Shown in pieces: positions 10,300-21,800 of a DNA stretch of 64,000 bases (positions are counted from its first letter, which is position 1; each line of letters begins with the position of its first letter). The DNA comes from an uncultured cyanobacterium (lineage in GTDB: Bacteria > Cyanobacteriota > Cyanobacteriia > Cyanobacteriales > CAWUOF01). Below the pieces are notes generated by a model. It had not been told where the DNA came from, ran no database searches, and saw nothing but the letters and a program-made list of their open reading frames with translations. A program made the translations under genes and the position numbers. The stretch lies in assembly GCA_963744145.1 (NCBI GenBank), contig CAVUSO010000001.1:4608001-4672000 (forward strand). The letters are read 5' to 3'.

Positions 10300-12840
10300 A
10301 TGAAACTCAAATGGTTAGCTCTAGGTGGAGTAGGTGTGGTTACACTGCTCATCATGGGGAAATTAGCATTCCAAGAGTATTCCTCTCGAGAACTAGCACC
10401 CGATCAACCGGGCGAAGAAGAAGAACTGAATCAAGAATTGTGGAAATTTGGGAAAAATAGTCCTTATCCCCAGATCAAACACCAGGATCAAGCAAATTTA
10501 GCTGAAGCAACACTACCTAACGGTTGGAAAATAAATCCCGTAGGTCAACAAATAGAAGTGGGTAGGTTACCTTATGAAGCAGTGAACTATGCTGGTAAAA
10601 CAGTGGTACTGAATACTGGTTGGTATGGTAAAGATCCTCAAGAAGTTACCATTATTGATCCTAATAGTGGCAAAATAGTCAAGACCATCCAGTTTCCATC
10701 GATTTTTCCCAGTGCTAGGGAAGGAAAAGACGGTGATCTTTATATTAGTGGTGGATTTGAGCAAAAAATCTATCGTGTTAATCGAGATTTTAAACCAGTT
10801 CGATCGTACCCAGTCAAAGGTTATACCAGTGGAATTGCACCCATAAATAATAATCATTTAGCTGTCGCTTATATGGTGACAGAATCAGACAAAAAAGATT
10901 ATGTAAAAGGAAAATTAGCTATCCTTAATACCGACAATGGAAAAATAGAAAAAACTGTAGATGCGGGATATTTTCCCTACGCAGTTCGCTATCTAAATAA
11001 TAAGTTTTATGTAACTTTATTAGGAGAAAATAAAGTCTTAGTCTATGATACTCAACTAAATCTAATCAAAACTATAAATGTCGATAAAAATCCTCAAGAA
11101 ACTTGTATCGATCAAGATAAGTTATATGTAGTGAATACTGGTTCAGATAATCTATCGATATTAGATTCTAAAAAAGATACAGTAATTGGTACTATCGATG
11201 TGCGTCATCAAGGGTTCCGGTTTGGAAGTTCTCCGACATCCTGTGCGATTGAAGGGGATCGTCTTTATGTTACCCAAGCAGAAATTAATGCTGTGACAAT
11301 ATTTGATAAAAATCAAAACAAATTAATTGGATTTATCCCGACAGGTTGGTATCCTACAAAAGTTTTACTCAACCAAAAGCAACTACTAGTATTGAGTGCT
11401 AAAGGAATTAAAAAACGTCGTCCCAATTTGCAAGGACCCCAAACCATCAAGGGTAAAGGTGGTAATCAATATGTGCTGAGTTTACTACAAGGTTCCCTCG
11501 GAATTATTCCCAAAAATGCGATCGCATCATCCCTAGCTAGTTGGAGTAAACAAGTCCAAGAAGGTTCACCGATTTATAGTCCTAAAGAGGGGATAAAACT
11601 ACCAATTCGTCATATTTTCTACATGATTAAAGAAAATCGCACTTATGATCAGATTTTAGGTGATTTGGGTAGAGGTAATGGAGACAAATCTCTGACCTTA
11701 TTTGGACGAGAAATTACGCCAAATCACCATAAATTAGCTGAAGATTTTGTTACTTTAGACAATTTTTATGCAAATGGGGAAATTAGTGTATTAGGACATA
11801 GTTTCACAACTAGCGGTTACGCAAGTCCTTTTTTAGAGTGGTTGGGAAATATGAGATATTCAGGTCGTTATAATGGGTATCCTTTTGGTACTGTACCCGC
11901 GACATTTTCTCCAGCTTACCTCTGGAATGTTCTCGAAGCTAAAAAAGTAGACTATCGCATTTATGGAGAACCCTACTATATTTTTACTCGCTCTTATCAA
12001 ATTATTGTCGAAACCTATGGAGCTGATAGTGATCTAGCAAAAAAATTCTATGCTCAAAGTATGGTTCTTTCTGCTCAGGTCGATCGAGGTAAAGCATTAA
12101 GTGAACTGTTTAAATCTTACTATGGTAAAGCTGATACTCCCTCAGATGCAATACATCTGTTAGAAAATCCTAATTTTGCTCTTTCCCTCTCTCAAATTTT
12201 CACAGGAGATAATAGTCTCGCTCAAGCGTTACAAGCAAATCCCGGATTTCGGAGTCAGTTTGCAGCTTTTCTCTATCATTATCCCCTTAATTATCATTAC
12301 TATGACTTACAATATTCAGATTTACAACGGGTTGATGACTGGAAAACCGATTTTCAAAAACAACTAAAGTCAGGACAGGTCGCACAATTAAATTATATTT
12401 GGTTACCAAATGATCACACAGCAGGGATGAATCCTGTCTTTCCTAATCCCTATCAATTAGTCGCACAAAATGATACAGCTCTAGGGAAAATTGTCCAAAT
12501 TATTTCTCAAAGTCCAATCTGGAAAGATAGTTTAATTTTAGTAGTCGAAGATGATGCTCAAGATGGTCCTGATCATGTCGATGCTACTCGAACTGTAGCT
12601 TTAGCTGCTGGTCCTTTTGTCAAACGTAATGTAGTCGTTAGCGATCGCTACGATCAACTCAGTTTATTACGCACGATCGAAGTTATTTTAGGTCTTGACC
12701 CAATCAATCTCAATGATGGTTTAGCTGTTCCCATGTTTGGAATCTTTAATGAAAAATCTGACCCTACCCCTTATTTACCTCCCACCCCCTCCAATTTTCT
12801 CCTAGAGTCTGATAAAGAACGAGCTGAAAAATTAAATTAA
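10300..12840 (+). CDS. Secreted YVTN/YncE beta-propeller plus phosphoesterase (alkaline phosphatase superfamily) protein
   Basis: LYVVNTGSDNLSILD and LYVTQAEINAVTIFD blades; IKENRTYDQILGD, PNDHT and EDDAQDGPDHVD motifs. Confidence 0.85.
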   Translation: MKLKWLALGGVGVVTLLIMGKLAFQEYSSRELAPDQPGEEEELNQELWKFGKNSPYPQIKHQDQANLAEATLPNGWKINPVGQQIEVGRLPYEAVNYAGKTVVLNTGWYGKDPQEVTIIDPNSGKIVKTIQFPSIFPSAREGKDGDLYISGGFEQKIYRVNRDFKPVRSYPVKGYTSGIAPINNNHLAVAYMVTESDKKDYVKGKLAILNTDNGKIEKTVDAGYFPYAVRYLNNKFYVTLLGENKVLVYDTQLNLIKTINVDKNPQETCIDQDKLYVVNTGSDNLSILDSKKDTVIGTIDVRHQGFRFGSSPTSCAIEGDRLYVTQAEINAVTIFDKNQNKLIGFIPTGWYPTKVLLNQKQLLVLSAKGIKKRRPNLQGPQTIKGKGGNQYVLSLLQGSLGIIPKNAIASSLASWSKQVQEGSPIYSPKEGIKLPIRHIFYMIKENRTYDQILGDLGRGNGDKSLTLFGREITPNHHKLAEDFVTLDNFYANGEISVLGHSFTTSGYASPFLEWLGNMRYSGRYNGYPFGTVPATFSPAYLWNVLEAKKVDYRIYGEPYYIFTRSYQIIVETYGADSDLAKKFYAQSMVLSAQVDRGKALSELFKSYYGKADTPSDAIHLLENPNFALSLSQIFTGDNSLAQALQANPGFRSQFAAFLYHYPLNYHYYDLQYSDLQRVDDWKTDFQKQLKSGQVAQLNYIWLPNDHTAGMNPVFPNPYQLVAQNDTALGKIVQIISQSPIWKDSLILVVEDDAQDGPDHVDATRTVALAAGPFVKRNVVVSDRYDQLSLLRTIEVILGLDPINLNDGLAVPMFGIFNEKSDPTPYLPPTPSNFLLESDKERAEKLN

Positions 12841-12986
12841 CCCCAAACCCATCTCCAGAAGGTTATGTTTACTTGCTGATCAACTTGATAAAACTTCATA
12901 TTTTGTTGCCAGGTGATTAATTTAAGCAGTATATTATAGTTTAATGGTCAAGATGGAACTGATTTTTTCAGATATTTTAACTAAAT

Positions 12987-15900
12987 ATGCTTAACATTCC
13001 CGGATTTTTGATCAAAACCCAAATCTATGAAAGCGATAGCTCCCTAGTTTATCGAGCGATCCGTACAGAAGATCAACAACAGATGATCCTAAAAATCCTC
13101 AAAGAAAATTATCCTACCCCGGAAGAACTTGCACGTTATCGAACTGAATATGAAATTACTAAATCACTCAAGTTAACAGGTGTCGTACAAGTCTATGACT
13201 TACAAAAATATCACAACACTCTGATCATGTTAATGGAAGATTTTGGGGGTGAATCATTGCGAATTTTCCTCGAAAATAATTCCCTGACAGTAGCAAAATT
13301 TTTGCCAATAGCGATTTCTATAACTAATACTTTAGCCCAAATTCATCAGGATAATATTATTCACAAAGACCTGAATCCAGGAAATATAGTTTTTAATTCA
13401 ACCACAGAAGAAGTAAAAATTATTGATTTTGGACTTGCTACTAAATTAACACCAAAAAATCCCATTATTAAAAATCTCAATCTGTTAGAAGGGACCTTAG
13501 CTTATATATCACCTGAACAAACTGGACGGATGAATCGGAGTTTGGATTATCGCACCGATTTTTACTCTTTGGGAGTCACTTTCTACCAACTACTAACTAA
13601 TCAATTACCTTTTGAAACAACCGATACCCTTGAGTTAGTACATTGTCATATTGCTAGACAACCATTACCACCGGCTCAACTCAATCCAGAAATTCCGACT
13701 GTTCTGTCAGATATCATTATGAAAATGATGTCTAAAACTGCGGAAGAAAGATATCAAAGTGCTTGGGGAATTAAAGCTGATTTAGAACAATGCTGGAACC
13801 AATTACAAAATATTGGCAATATTACCAATTTTCCGATCGCGACTCAAGATATTTCTGAGAAATTTAAACTCCCCCAAAAACTCTATGGTCGAGACCAAGA
13901 AATTGAAAAGTTAAGAACTGCTTTTGCTCGAGTCTGTGACCAGAGTGAAATGATGCTAATTGCTGGATATTCAGGAATTGGTAAAACTGTTTTAGTCCAA
14001 GAAATTTATCAACAAATTAGCCAAAAATATGGTTATTTTATTACTGGTAAATTTGACCAATATCAACGAAATATTCCCTATAGTGCTTTGGTCAACGCAT
14101 TTCAGGAATTAATCAAACAATTACTAACCGAAAGTGAAATCCAACATCATCAATGGAAAGAAAAAATTCTCACAGCTTTGGGTAGAAATGGAAAAGTAAT
14201 TATCGATGTGATTCCCGAAGTAGAATTAATCATCGGTCATCAACCGACTATTCCTGAACTTGCTTCTAATGAATCCCAAAATCGCTTTAATTTAGTCTTT
14301 GAAAATTTCATCAAAGTCTTTACTCAACCTGAACATCCTCTTGTCATATTTATTGATGATCTCCAATGGGCTGATGGAGCATCTTTAAAATTGATCAAAT
14401 TGCTGATGAGTTATTCAGCACCAGGACTATTTTTAATTGGTGCATATCGAGAGCATGAAGTATCCCCAGTACATCCCTTAATGTTAACAATTGAAGAAAT
14501 CGCTAAAAATGATGCGATTATTAATCGAATTTATTTATCACCATTGGAATTACCTCATGTTATCCAGATCATTAGTGATACCCTGAACTGTGAGCAAGAA
14601 ATAGTTAAAAATTTAGCCGAATTAGTCCTATTGAAAACCGGAGGGAATCCTTTCTTTATCAACGAGTTTTTGCAATCTTTATATACAGAAAATTTTTTAC
14701 AATTTGACCTCATTAAGAGAAAATGGCAGTGGGATTTAGACCTGATTCAAGCCAAACAATTCACTGATAATGTAGTAGAATTGATGGTAGGTAAAATTCA
14801 GAAATTGCCAGATGATACCCAAAATTTATTAAAAATAGCTGCTTGTATTGGGAATCAATTTGCTTTAGAAATTTTAGGGTTAATGGTGAAAAAATCGGTG
14901 GGAGAAATCGCGATCGCTCTTCAAGTAGCAATGGCTGAAAATTTAGTGATTACTGTTGGTCGGATGAGGGATGTAGAATTATTGATTGCTAGTACAGAAT
15001 TTTCTGATTGGTCAGGATCAACAATTCCATCTCCATCCCTAATTTATAAATTTGTCCATGACAGAATTCAACAAGCAGCTTATTCTTTAATTCCTGATCT
15101 CCAAAAAATTCCTACCCATTATCAAATCGGACAAATCCTGCTCCAACAGGTTTACTCAGAGAGTAGAGAAGAGCATATTTTTGAACTCATCAATCAATTA
15201 AATTATGGCGCAAATTTAATTACCTCACCCACAGAACGAGATGAATTAGCTCAACTTAATCTAATTGCTTGTCGCAAAGCTAAACACACCAATGCTTATC
15301 AAGCTGGTCGTGAATATGCTAATATAGGATTGTCTTTACTAGGTGAAAATGCTTGGACTAGACAATATGAAATGACCCTAGCATTTTCTGACTTAGCTGC
15401 TGAATTAGCTGAATTGTGTAATGATTTTACCGCAATGGAAGAATTCATTGAGACGGTAATTATCCAAGCACATTCTTTACTTGAACAAGTCAATGTTTAT
15501 CGAATTAAAATTCAATCAAAATCCTCTCAAAATAAAATATCTGAAGCCATAGCGATCGCTCAAGAATTATTACAAAAATTAGGGGCAAATTTGCCGGAAA
15601 TACCAACCAAATCGGATATTCAACAAGCGATCGCCGAAATTGGAGAATTGCTCAAAGAGCGAGAGATTGAAGACTTAGTTAATTTACCAATCATGACCGA
15701 TCCAGAAAAAATCGCCATTGTCGAGATTGGTAATCGCATCATTCCTGCTGCTAAAAACGCTGGTTCACCCTTATTTCCATTACTAATTACCTTATCAGTT
15801 AAACTATCCATTCAATATGGAAATACCGCAGCTTCAGCTTTTGCTTATGGTTGTTATGGAATTATTGCTTGTAATCTTTTACAAGATATCAATACCGGAG

Positions 15901-18716
15901 TAAAGTTTGGTGAATTAGCAATCCAATTAGTTTCCCAATTGGATGCTAAAACAATCAAAGGGGAAATTTTAGATGTGGTATCGTTATTTATTATCCACCG
16001 CAAATCTCACATAAAAAAAACCCTACCACTCTTGCAAGAAGGTTATCAAGCTGCTCTAGAAGTCGGAAATATTCTCTTTGTTGGACTTAATGCTAATACC
16101 TACTGTCTCAATGCTTTTTGGTGTGGTCAACCCCTCGTTACCTTAGAACAGGAAATCCGAGCATACTGCTATACTTTAGGACAGTTAAATCAATTAGCAC
16201 CAGCTAATTGGTGTCGGATCTATTGGCAATCTATTTTAAATTTGCTGGGGGAGAGAGAGAATCCAATTGTATTGTCTGGATCAGCTCTGGAAGAGGCAAA
16301 ATTTCTACCTTTATTGCAGGAAGCTCATGACTTACTTGGGTTGTATCTTTTCGCTTTATATCAGTTGATCCTTTGCTATCTATTTGGAGAAATTGAATTA
16401 GCTAAAAATCATGCAGCTGAAACCAGAAAATATTTAATGTTTTGCAATGGAAATGTAGCGGAACCTGGGTTTTATCTTTATGATTCTTTGACAGCTCTTT
16501 CCGGTTTAAGTTCATCATCCGAGGAGCGGGTAGAAGAATTAGCCCGAGTTGAAGAAAACCAAAAACAACTCCAACAATTATGGGCTAAATATGCACCGAT
16601 GAATCATCAGCATAAAGTTGATTTAGTAGCAGCAGAAAAATGTCGAGTTTTAGGAGAAAGATTAGCCGCGATCGACCTTTATGATCAAGCGATTAAAGGA
16701 GCTAAAGAAAATGAATATATTCAGGAAGTAGCTCTTGCTTGTGAATTAGCTGCTCAGTTTTATTTAGCCCAATCTAAAGATATTATTGCTAAAGCTTATA
16801 TCCAGGAAGCTTGTTACTATTATCAACTCTGGGGAGCCAGAGCTAAAGTCAAGGATTTAGAAAATAAATATGCTCAAATGCTGATTACAAATCAACCCAA
16901 AAACTACCATAATCAACATAATATAGTCACCATTTCAGACTCACAATTTAATTTAGATATAGCTACAGTAGTGAAAGCATCTTTAGCAATTTCCCGCGAA
17001 ATAATGCTGGATAAATTGCTGTCTAGTTTAATGACAATTGTTATTCAAAATGCTGGAGCCCAACGGGGATATTTGATTTCATTAACTCCCGGTAAATTAT
17101 TGATAGAAGCTGCTGGAAATATCGAAAATGGTGAGATTATTATATTATCATCGATCGCCTCAGAAAATTCTGATCTTTTTGCAGAAGCGATCGTTAACTA
17201 TGTAGCTAGAACTAAAGAAATTATCGTCTTAAATGATGCTACTAAACCTAGCAAATTTAGCCAGGATATTTATATTAAAAAGTATCGTCCTAAATCAATT
17301 CTCTGTCTACCCTTAATTAATCAAAACAAAATTATCAGTATTTTATACTTAGAAAATAATTTGACCACGGGGGTTTTCACTCCTCATCGGTTAGAAGTTT
17401 TAAAACTCCTATCAGGACAAGCTGCAATCTCCCTTGAGAATGCTAAACTTTATACTGAAGTTCGCGAAAATGAGAACAGACTCAATCAATTTCTAGAAGG
17501 AATACCTGTGGGGATATTTATTCATGATCACAAGGGGAAACCTTTATATACTAATAGCGTTGCTCAACAGCTATTAGGTCAAGGAATTACTACTGATCTT
17601 ACTAAGGATAATTTATCTCTAACTTATCAAGTTTATCGAGCTGATACAGACCAGCTATATCCCCACGATCAACTACCTGGAATAAGTGCATTAAAAGGTG
17701 AGTCTATTAGAGTAGATGATATCGAATTTCGTCACGGCGATCGGGTGATTCCGATTGAAGCTTGGGGAAAACCAATTTATGATGAAAAGGGTAATATTAT
17801 TTATGGAATGGGGGCATTTCAAGATATTACTGAACGCAAAAAAGCAGAAGCAGAACGACAAAGATTTACCAATGAACTGTTTAAACTCAACCAAGCTTAT
17901 GAGCGTTTTGTTCCCCGTCAATTTCTCCAATTTTTGAAAAAAACTAGCATTATTGACGTGCAATTAGGAGACCAAGTACAAGTAGAAATGTCTATTCTAT
18001 TTTCTGATATTCGTGACTTTACTACCCTATCAGAAAAGATGACACCAGATAACAATTTTAAATTTATCAATTCTTACCTGTCGCGGATGGAACCTGCAAT
18101 TATTGAAAATCAGGGTTTTATTGATAAATATATGGGTGATGCTATTATGGCATTGTTTAGTGGAGAAGCTGATAATGCGGTAAAAGCTGGAATTGCGATG
18201 TTAGATTGTCTGGTTGAATACAATCAACATCGGGCTAATTGTGGCTATGTACCGATTCAGATTGGAATTGGAATTAATACAGGAGCATTGATGTTAGGTA
18301 CAGTGGGAGGAGAAAATCATATGGATGGTACAGTGATTAGTGATGCTGTAAATTTAGCTTCTCGAGTTGAAGGGTTAACCAAACATTATGGAGCATCACT
18401 ATTAATTACAGAACAGACTTATATGCGGTTGAGTTATCCTGATAATTATGCCATGAGAATAATCGGTACAGTCAAGGTAAAAGGAAAATCTGAATCAGTA
18501 ACTATGTATGAAGTTTTTGATGCTGACCCAAGGGAAATTAAACTGGGAAAATTGGCAACTCTGCCAACTTTTACAGAGGCTTTATCATTGTATAATCAGG
18601 GAAAATTAACTCTAGCTATGCCCTTATTTGTAGCTTGTTTAGAACAGAATCCAGACGATCGGGTTGCCCAAATTTATTTTCAGCGTTGTCAACAACAGGA
18701 TATCTCACAATTATGA
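12987..18716 (+). CDS. Ser/Thr kinase-AAA ATPase-GAF-PAS-class III adenylate cyclase (paralog 1)
   Basis: HKDLNPGN, DFG, GYSGIGKT, FIDDLQWAD, GAF (SILCLPLINQNKIISILYLEN), PAS/PAC (FQDITERK), cyclase FSDIRDFT / DKYMGDA / TVISDAVNLASRVE. Confidence 0.92.
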   Translation: MLNIPGFLIKTQIYESDSSLVYRAIRTEDQQQMILKILKENYPTPEELARYRTEYEITKSLKLTGVVQVYDLQKYHNTLIMLMEDFGGESLRIFLENNSLTVAKFLPIAISITNTLAQIHQDNIIHKDLNPGNIVFNSTTEEVKIIDFGLATKLTPKNPIIKNLNLLEGTLAYISPEQTGRMNRSLDYRTDFYSLGVTFYQLLTNQLPFETTDTLELVHCHIARQPLPPAQLNPEIPTVLSDIIMKMMSKTAEERYQSAWGIKADLEQCWNQLQNIGNITNFPIATQDISEKFKLPQKLYGRDQEIEKLRTAFARVCDQSEMMLIAGYSGIGKTVLVQEIYQQISQKYGYFITGKFDQYQRNIPYSALVNAFQELIKQLLTESEIQHHQWKEKILTALGRNGKVIIDVIPEVELIIGHQPTIPELASNESQNRFNLVFENFIKVFTQPEHPLVIFIDDLQWADGASLKLIKLLMSYSAPGLFLIGAYREHEVSPVHPLMLTIEEIAKNDAIINRIYLSPLELPHVIQIISDTLNCEQEIVKNLAELVLLKTGGNPFFINEFLQSLYTENFLQFDLIKRKWQWDLDLIQAKQFTDNVVELMVGKIQKLPDDTQNLLKIAACIGNQFALEILGLMVKKSVGEIAIALQVAMAENLVITVGRMRDVELLIASTEFSDWSGSTIPSPSLIYKFVHDRIQQAAYSLIPDLQKIPTHYQIGQILLQQVYSESREEHIFELINQLNYGANLITSPTERDELAQLNLIACRKAKHTNAYQAGREYANIGLSLLGENAWTRQYEMTLAFSDLAAELAELCNDFTAMEEFIETVIIQAHSLLEQVNVYRIKIQSKSSQNKISEAIAIAQELLQKLGANLPEIPTKSDIQQAIAEIGELLKEREIEDLVNLPIMTDPEKIAIVEIGNRIIPAAKNAGSPLFPLLITLSVKLSIQYGNTAASAFAYGCYGIIACNLLQDINTGVKFGELAIQLVSQLDAKTIKGEILDVVSLFIIHRKSHIKKTLPLLQEGYQAALEVGNILFVGLNANTYCLNAFWCGQPLVTLEQEIRAYCYTLGQLNQLAPANWCRIYWQSILNLLGERENPIVLSGSALEEAKFLPLLQEAHDLLGLYLFALYQLILCYLFGEIELAKNHAAETRKYLMFCNGNVAEPGFYLYDSLTALSGLSSSSEERVEELARVEENQKQLQQLWAKYAPMNHQHKVDLVAAEKCRVLGERLAAIDLYDQAIKGAKENEYIQEVALACELAAQFYLAQSKDIIAKAYIQEACYYYQLWGARAKVKDLENKYAQMLITNQPKNYHNQHNIVTISDSQFNLDIATVVKASLAISREIMLDKLLSSLMTIVIQNAGAQRGYLISLTPGKLLIEAAGNIENGEIIILSSIASENSDLFAEAIVNYVARTKEIIVLNDATKPSKFSQDIYIKKYRPKSILCLPLINQNKIISILYLENNLTTGVFTPHRLEVLKLLSGQAAISLENAKLYTEVRENENRLNQFLEGIPVGIFIHDHKGKPLYTNSVAQQLLGQGITTDLTKDNLSLTYQVYRADTDQLYPHDQLPGISALKGESIRVDDIEFRHGDRVIPIEAWGKPIYDEKGNIIYGMGAFQDITERKKAEAERQRFTNELFKLNQAYERFVPRQFLQFLKKTSIIDVQLGDQVQVEMSILFSDIRDFTTLSEKMTPDNNFKFINSYLSRMEPAIIENQGFIDKYMGDAIMALFSGEADNAVKAGIAMLDCLVEYNQHRANCGYVPIQIGIGINTGALMLGTVGGENHMDGTVISDAVNLASRVEGLTKHYGASLLITEQTYMRLSYPDNYAMRIIGTVKVKGKSESVTMYEVFDADPREIKLGKLATLPTFTEALSLYNQGKLTLAMPLFVACLEQNPDDRVAQIYFQRCQQQDISQL

Positions 18717-18802
18717 GAAATTAGAAGTTAAAAATTTGGCGATCGCTGGATGATCATGTACCATCTGAATTTTCAACTAAATTTTTAATCACCAGCTTAA
18801 CT

Positions 18803-21800
18803 ATGCTTAACATCCCTGGATTTTCTAGACCGACTGAAATCTATGAAAGTGCTAACTCCCTGGTTTATCGAGCTATCCGGGAAGCAGATCACCAATCTAT
18901 CATCTTAAAAGTCTTGAAAGAAGACTATCCTACCCCCGAGGAACTTGCTCGTTACCGTCGAGAATACGACATTATTAAATCCCTCAATTCCCCTGGGGTT
19001 GTCCAAGTCTATGACTTGCAGAAATATCAAAACACGCTGGTCATGTCAATGGAAGATTTCGGGGGTAAATCATTAAAAATTTGGTTGGAACAGCGACCTT
19101 TTACATTAGCTGAATTTTTGCCAATTGCGATCGCTACTACGAAAATTTTAGGACAAATTCATACTGCTAACATCATTCATAAAGATATCAACCCATCAAA
19201 TATCGTTTTTAATCCCGAAAATGGGCAAATAAAAATCATTGACTTTGGAATTGCTACCCAATTGACTCAAGAAACCCCAGTCTTAAAAGATCCCAATATT
19301 CTGGAAGGAACTCTTGCTTATATGTCTCCAGAACAAACCGGAAGAATGAACCGACCGCTCGACTATCGAACTGATTTTTATTCCCTGGGGATGACTTTTT
19401 ATGAACTATTGACTAACCAATTACCTTTTTCTTCCAATGATCCTTTAGAATTAGTCCATTGTCAGATTGCCAAACTACCACTTCCACCAGCTAAACTTAA
19501 TTCTGAAATTCCTCAAATCATTTCAGAAATAGTGATGAATTTGATTGCTAAAAATGCCGAAGATCGATATCAAAGTGCTGTTGGTATCCAAGCTGATTTA
19601 GAAGAATGTTGGCATCAATTGCAAGCTGATCAAAGTATATCTAATTTTCCCCTCGGTCGTCAAGATATTTCATCTAAATTCCAGATTCCCCCAAAACTCT
19701 ATGGTAGAGACAGAGAAATTGAAACTTTATTAACCGCTTTTGAACGAGTCAGTTTACAGCAAAGCGAATTGATGTTAATTACCGGATCTTCAGGGATTGG
19801 TAAATCAAAATTAGTCCAGGAAATTTACAAACCAATTACCAAAAAACGCGGTTATTTTATTTCTGGTAAATTTGATCAGTATCAACGTAATATTCCCTAC
19901 AGCGCCCTAGTAACTGCTTTTCAAGAATTAATTAAGCAGCTCTTAACAGAACCAGAAATACAACTGGAGCAATGGCGCAAAAAGCTTTTAGCCGCAGTTG
20001 GAGTGAACGGACAAGTAATTGTCGAAGTTATTCCAGAAATCGAACTAATTATTGGTCAGCAACCAGCACTACTAGAACTTGATGCAAATCAATCACAAAA
20101 TCTGTTTCACTTAGTATTTCAGAACTTTATTAAAGTCTTTATTAAACCAGAACATCCCTTAGTCTTATTTCTAGATGATTGGCAATGGGCGGATGGGGCA
20201 TCATTAAAATTAATCGAATTATTATTAATGAGTGTGATGGCAACTCCTGGACTTTTTTTAATTGGTACTTATCGAGATAACGAAGTTTCTGCTGCCCATC
20301 CCTTAATGTTAACTATTGATAAAATTGCTAAACAAGGAGTACCTGTAAATCACATTTACCTATCTCTATTAGATTTATCAACAGTTGCACAACTCATTAG
20401 TGAAACGATCAAGAGTGATCCAACTAAAGTCAAAGATTTAGCTGAGTTAGTTCTCTTTAAAACAGGAGGTAATCCTTTTTTTATTAATCAATTTTTGCAG
20501 TCACTTTATTTAGAAAATTTGTTAAAATTTGATTTATCTCAGAGTGAATGGCAATGGAATTTAGAGCAAATTAAAACCTGTGGATTTACTGATAATGTAG
20601 TTGATCTGCTAGCCAATAAGATGCAAAAACTGCCGAAAAGTACCCAAGATTTGTTAAAATTAGCGGCTTGTATTGGAAATTTATTTGATTTAAAAATTCT
20701 GAGTTTAATTAGTGGAAAATCTCTGGCAGAAATGGTAAATCATTTACATATAGCAGTAAGTGATAATTTAATTATCCCTAGTCATAATGAAAGAAACAGA
20801 GAATTAGCCATAATTCTCAGTGAATCTAACATAAGCAATGAATTTAGTGGGTACTCTTTACCAAGTAACTTTTCCCAATCCATCGAATACAAATTTGCCC
20901 ATGATAAGATTCACCAAGCTACTTATTCATTAATTCCACCATCAGAACGCGCAATCGCCCACTATCAAATTGGCAAATTAATACTAGCCCAAATCTCTCC
21001 CACCGCTCAAGCAGAGCAAATTTTTACAGTAGTACATCAATTAAACTATGGAATCGGGCTAATTGAAAACCAAACCGAACGGGATTACTTAGCTCAATTA
21101 AATCTTTTTGCTGGTCGCAAAGCTAGAGCTACTAGTGCTTATCAAACAGCTTATGAATATGCAGAAATAGGAATCAACTTACTTGATCTTCAATCTTGGG
21201 AACGCGACTATGAAATGACCTTAAAATTGCACGAACTCGGCACCGAGGTGGCTTCCCTATCTGGTAAATTTGAGCAGATGGAAAAGTGGTTTAATTCCGT
21301 AATTAATCATGCTCAGACTTCCCGAGATAAAGTTGGGGTAACTCTTGTCAAAATTCAAGCATTAATTTCCCAAAATCAGCTTTTAGCAGCAATAGCGATC
21401 GGTGAATCAATGCTCAAAGAATTAGGAGTCGAATTTCCTGAACACCCAACCAGAGAGCATATTCAGCAGGTAATGCTCGAAATTTATGACTTGATTAAGC
21501 AGAATCAAGCGAGGGAGGATCACCATCAATCGATCGAAGATTTATTTCATCTCCAAGTAATGGTAGATCCCCAAAAAATAGCAATTATGCAAGTAGCAAC
21601 TAGAATTACCTCAGTTTATTTCATAATCGGTTCACCCTTATTTGTATTGGTAGTTGCTCTCCAGGTAAATTTATCACTTCAGTATGGTAATAGTCCAACT
21701 TCAGCGATTAGCTACGCAGCTTATAGTGGTTGTTTAATTAACTTTTTCCAGGATGTAAAAACCGCGATCCAGTTTAATCAATTAGCTTATCATCTAGCTA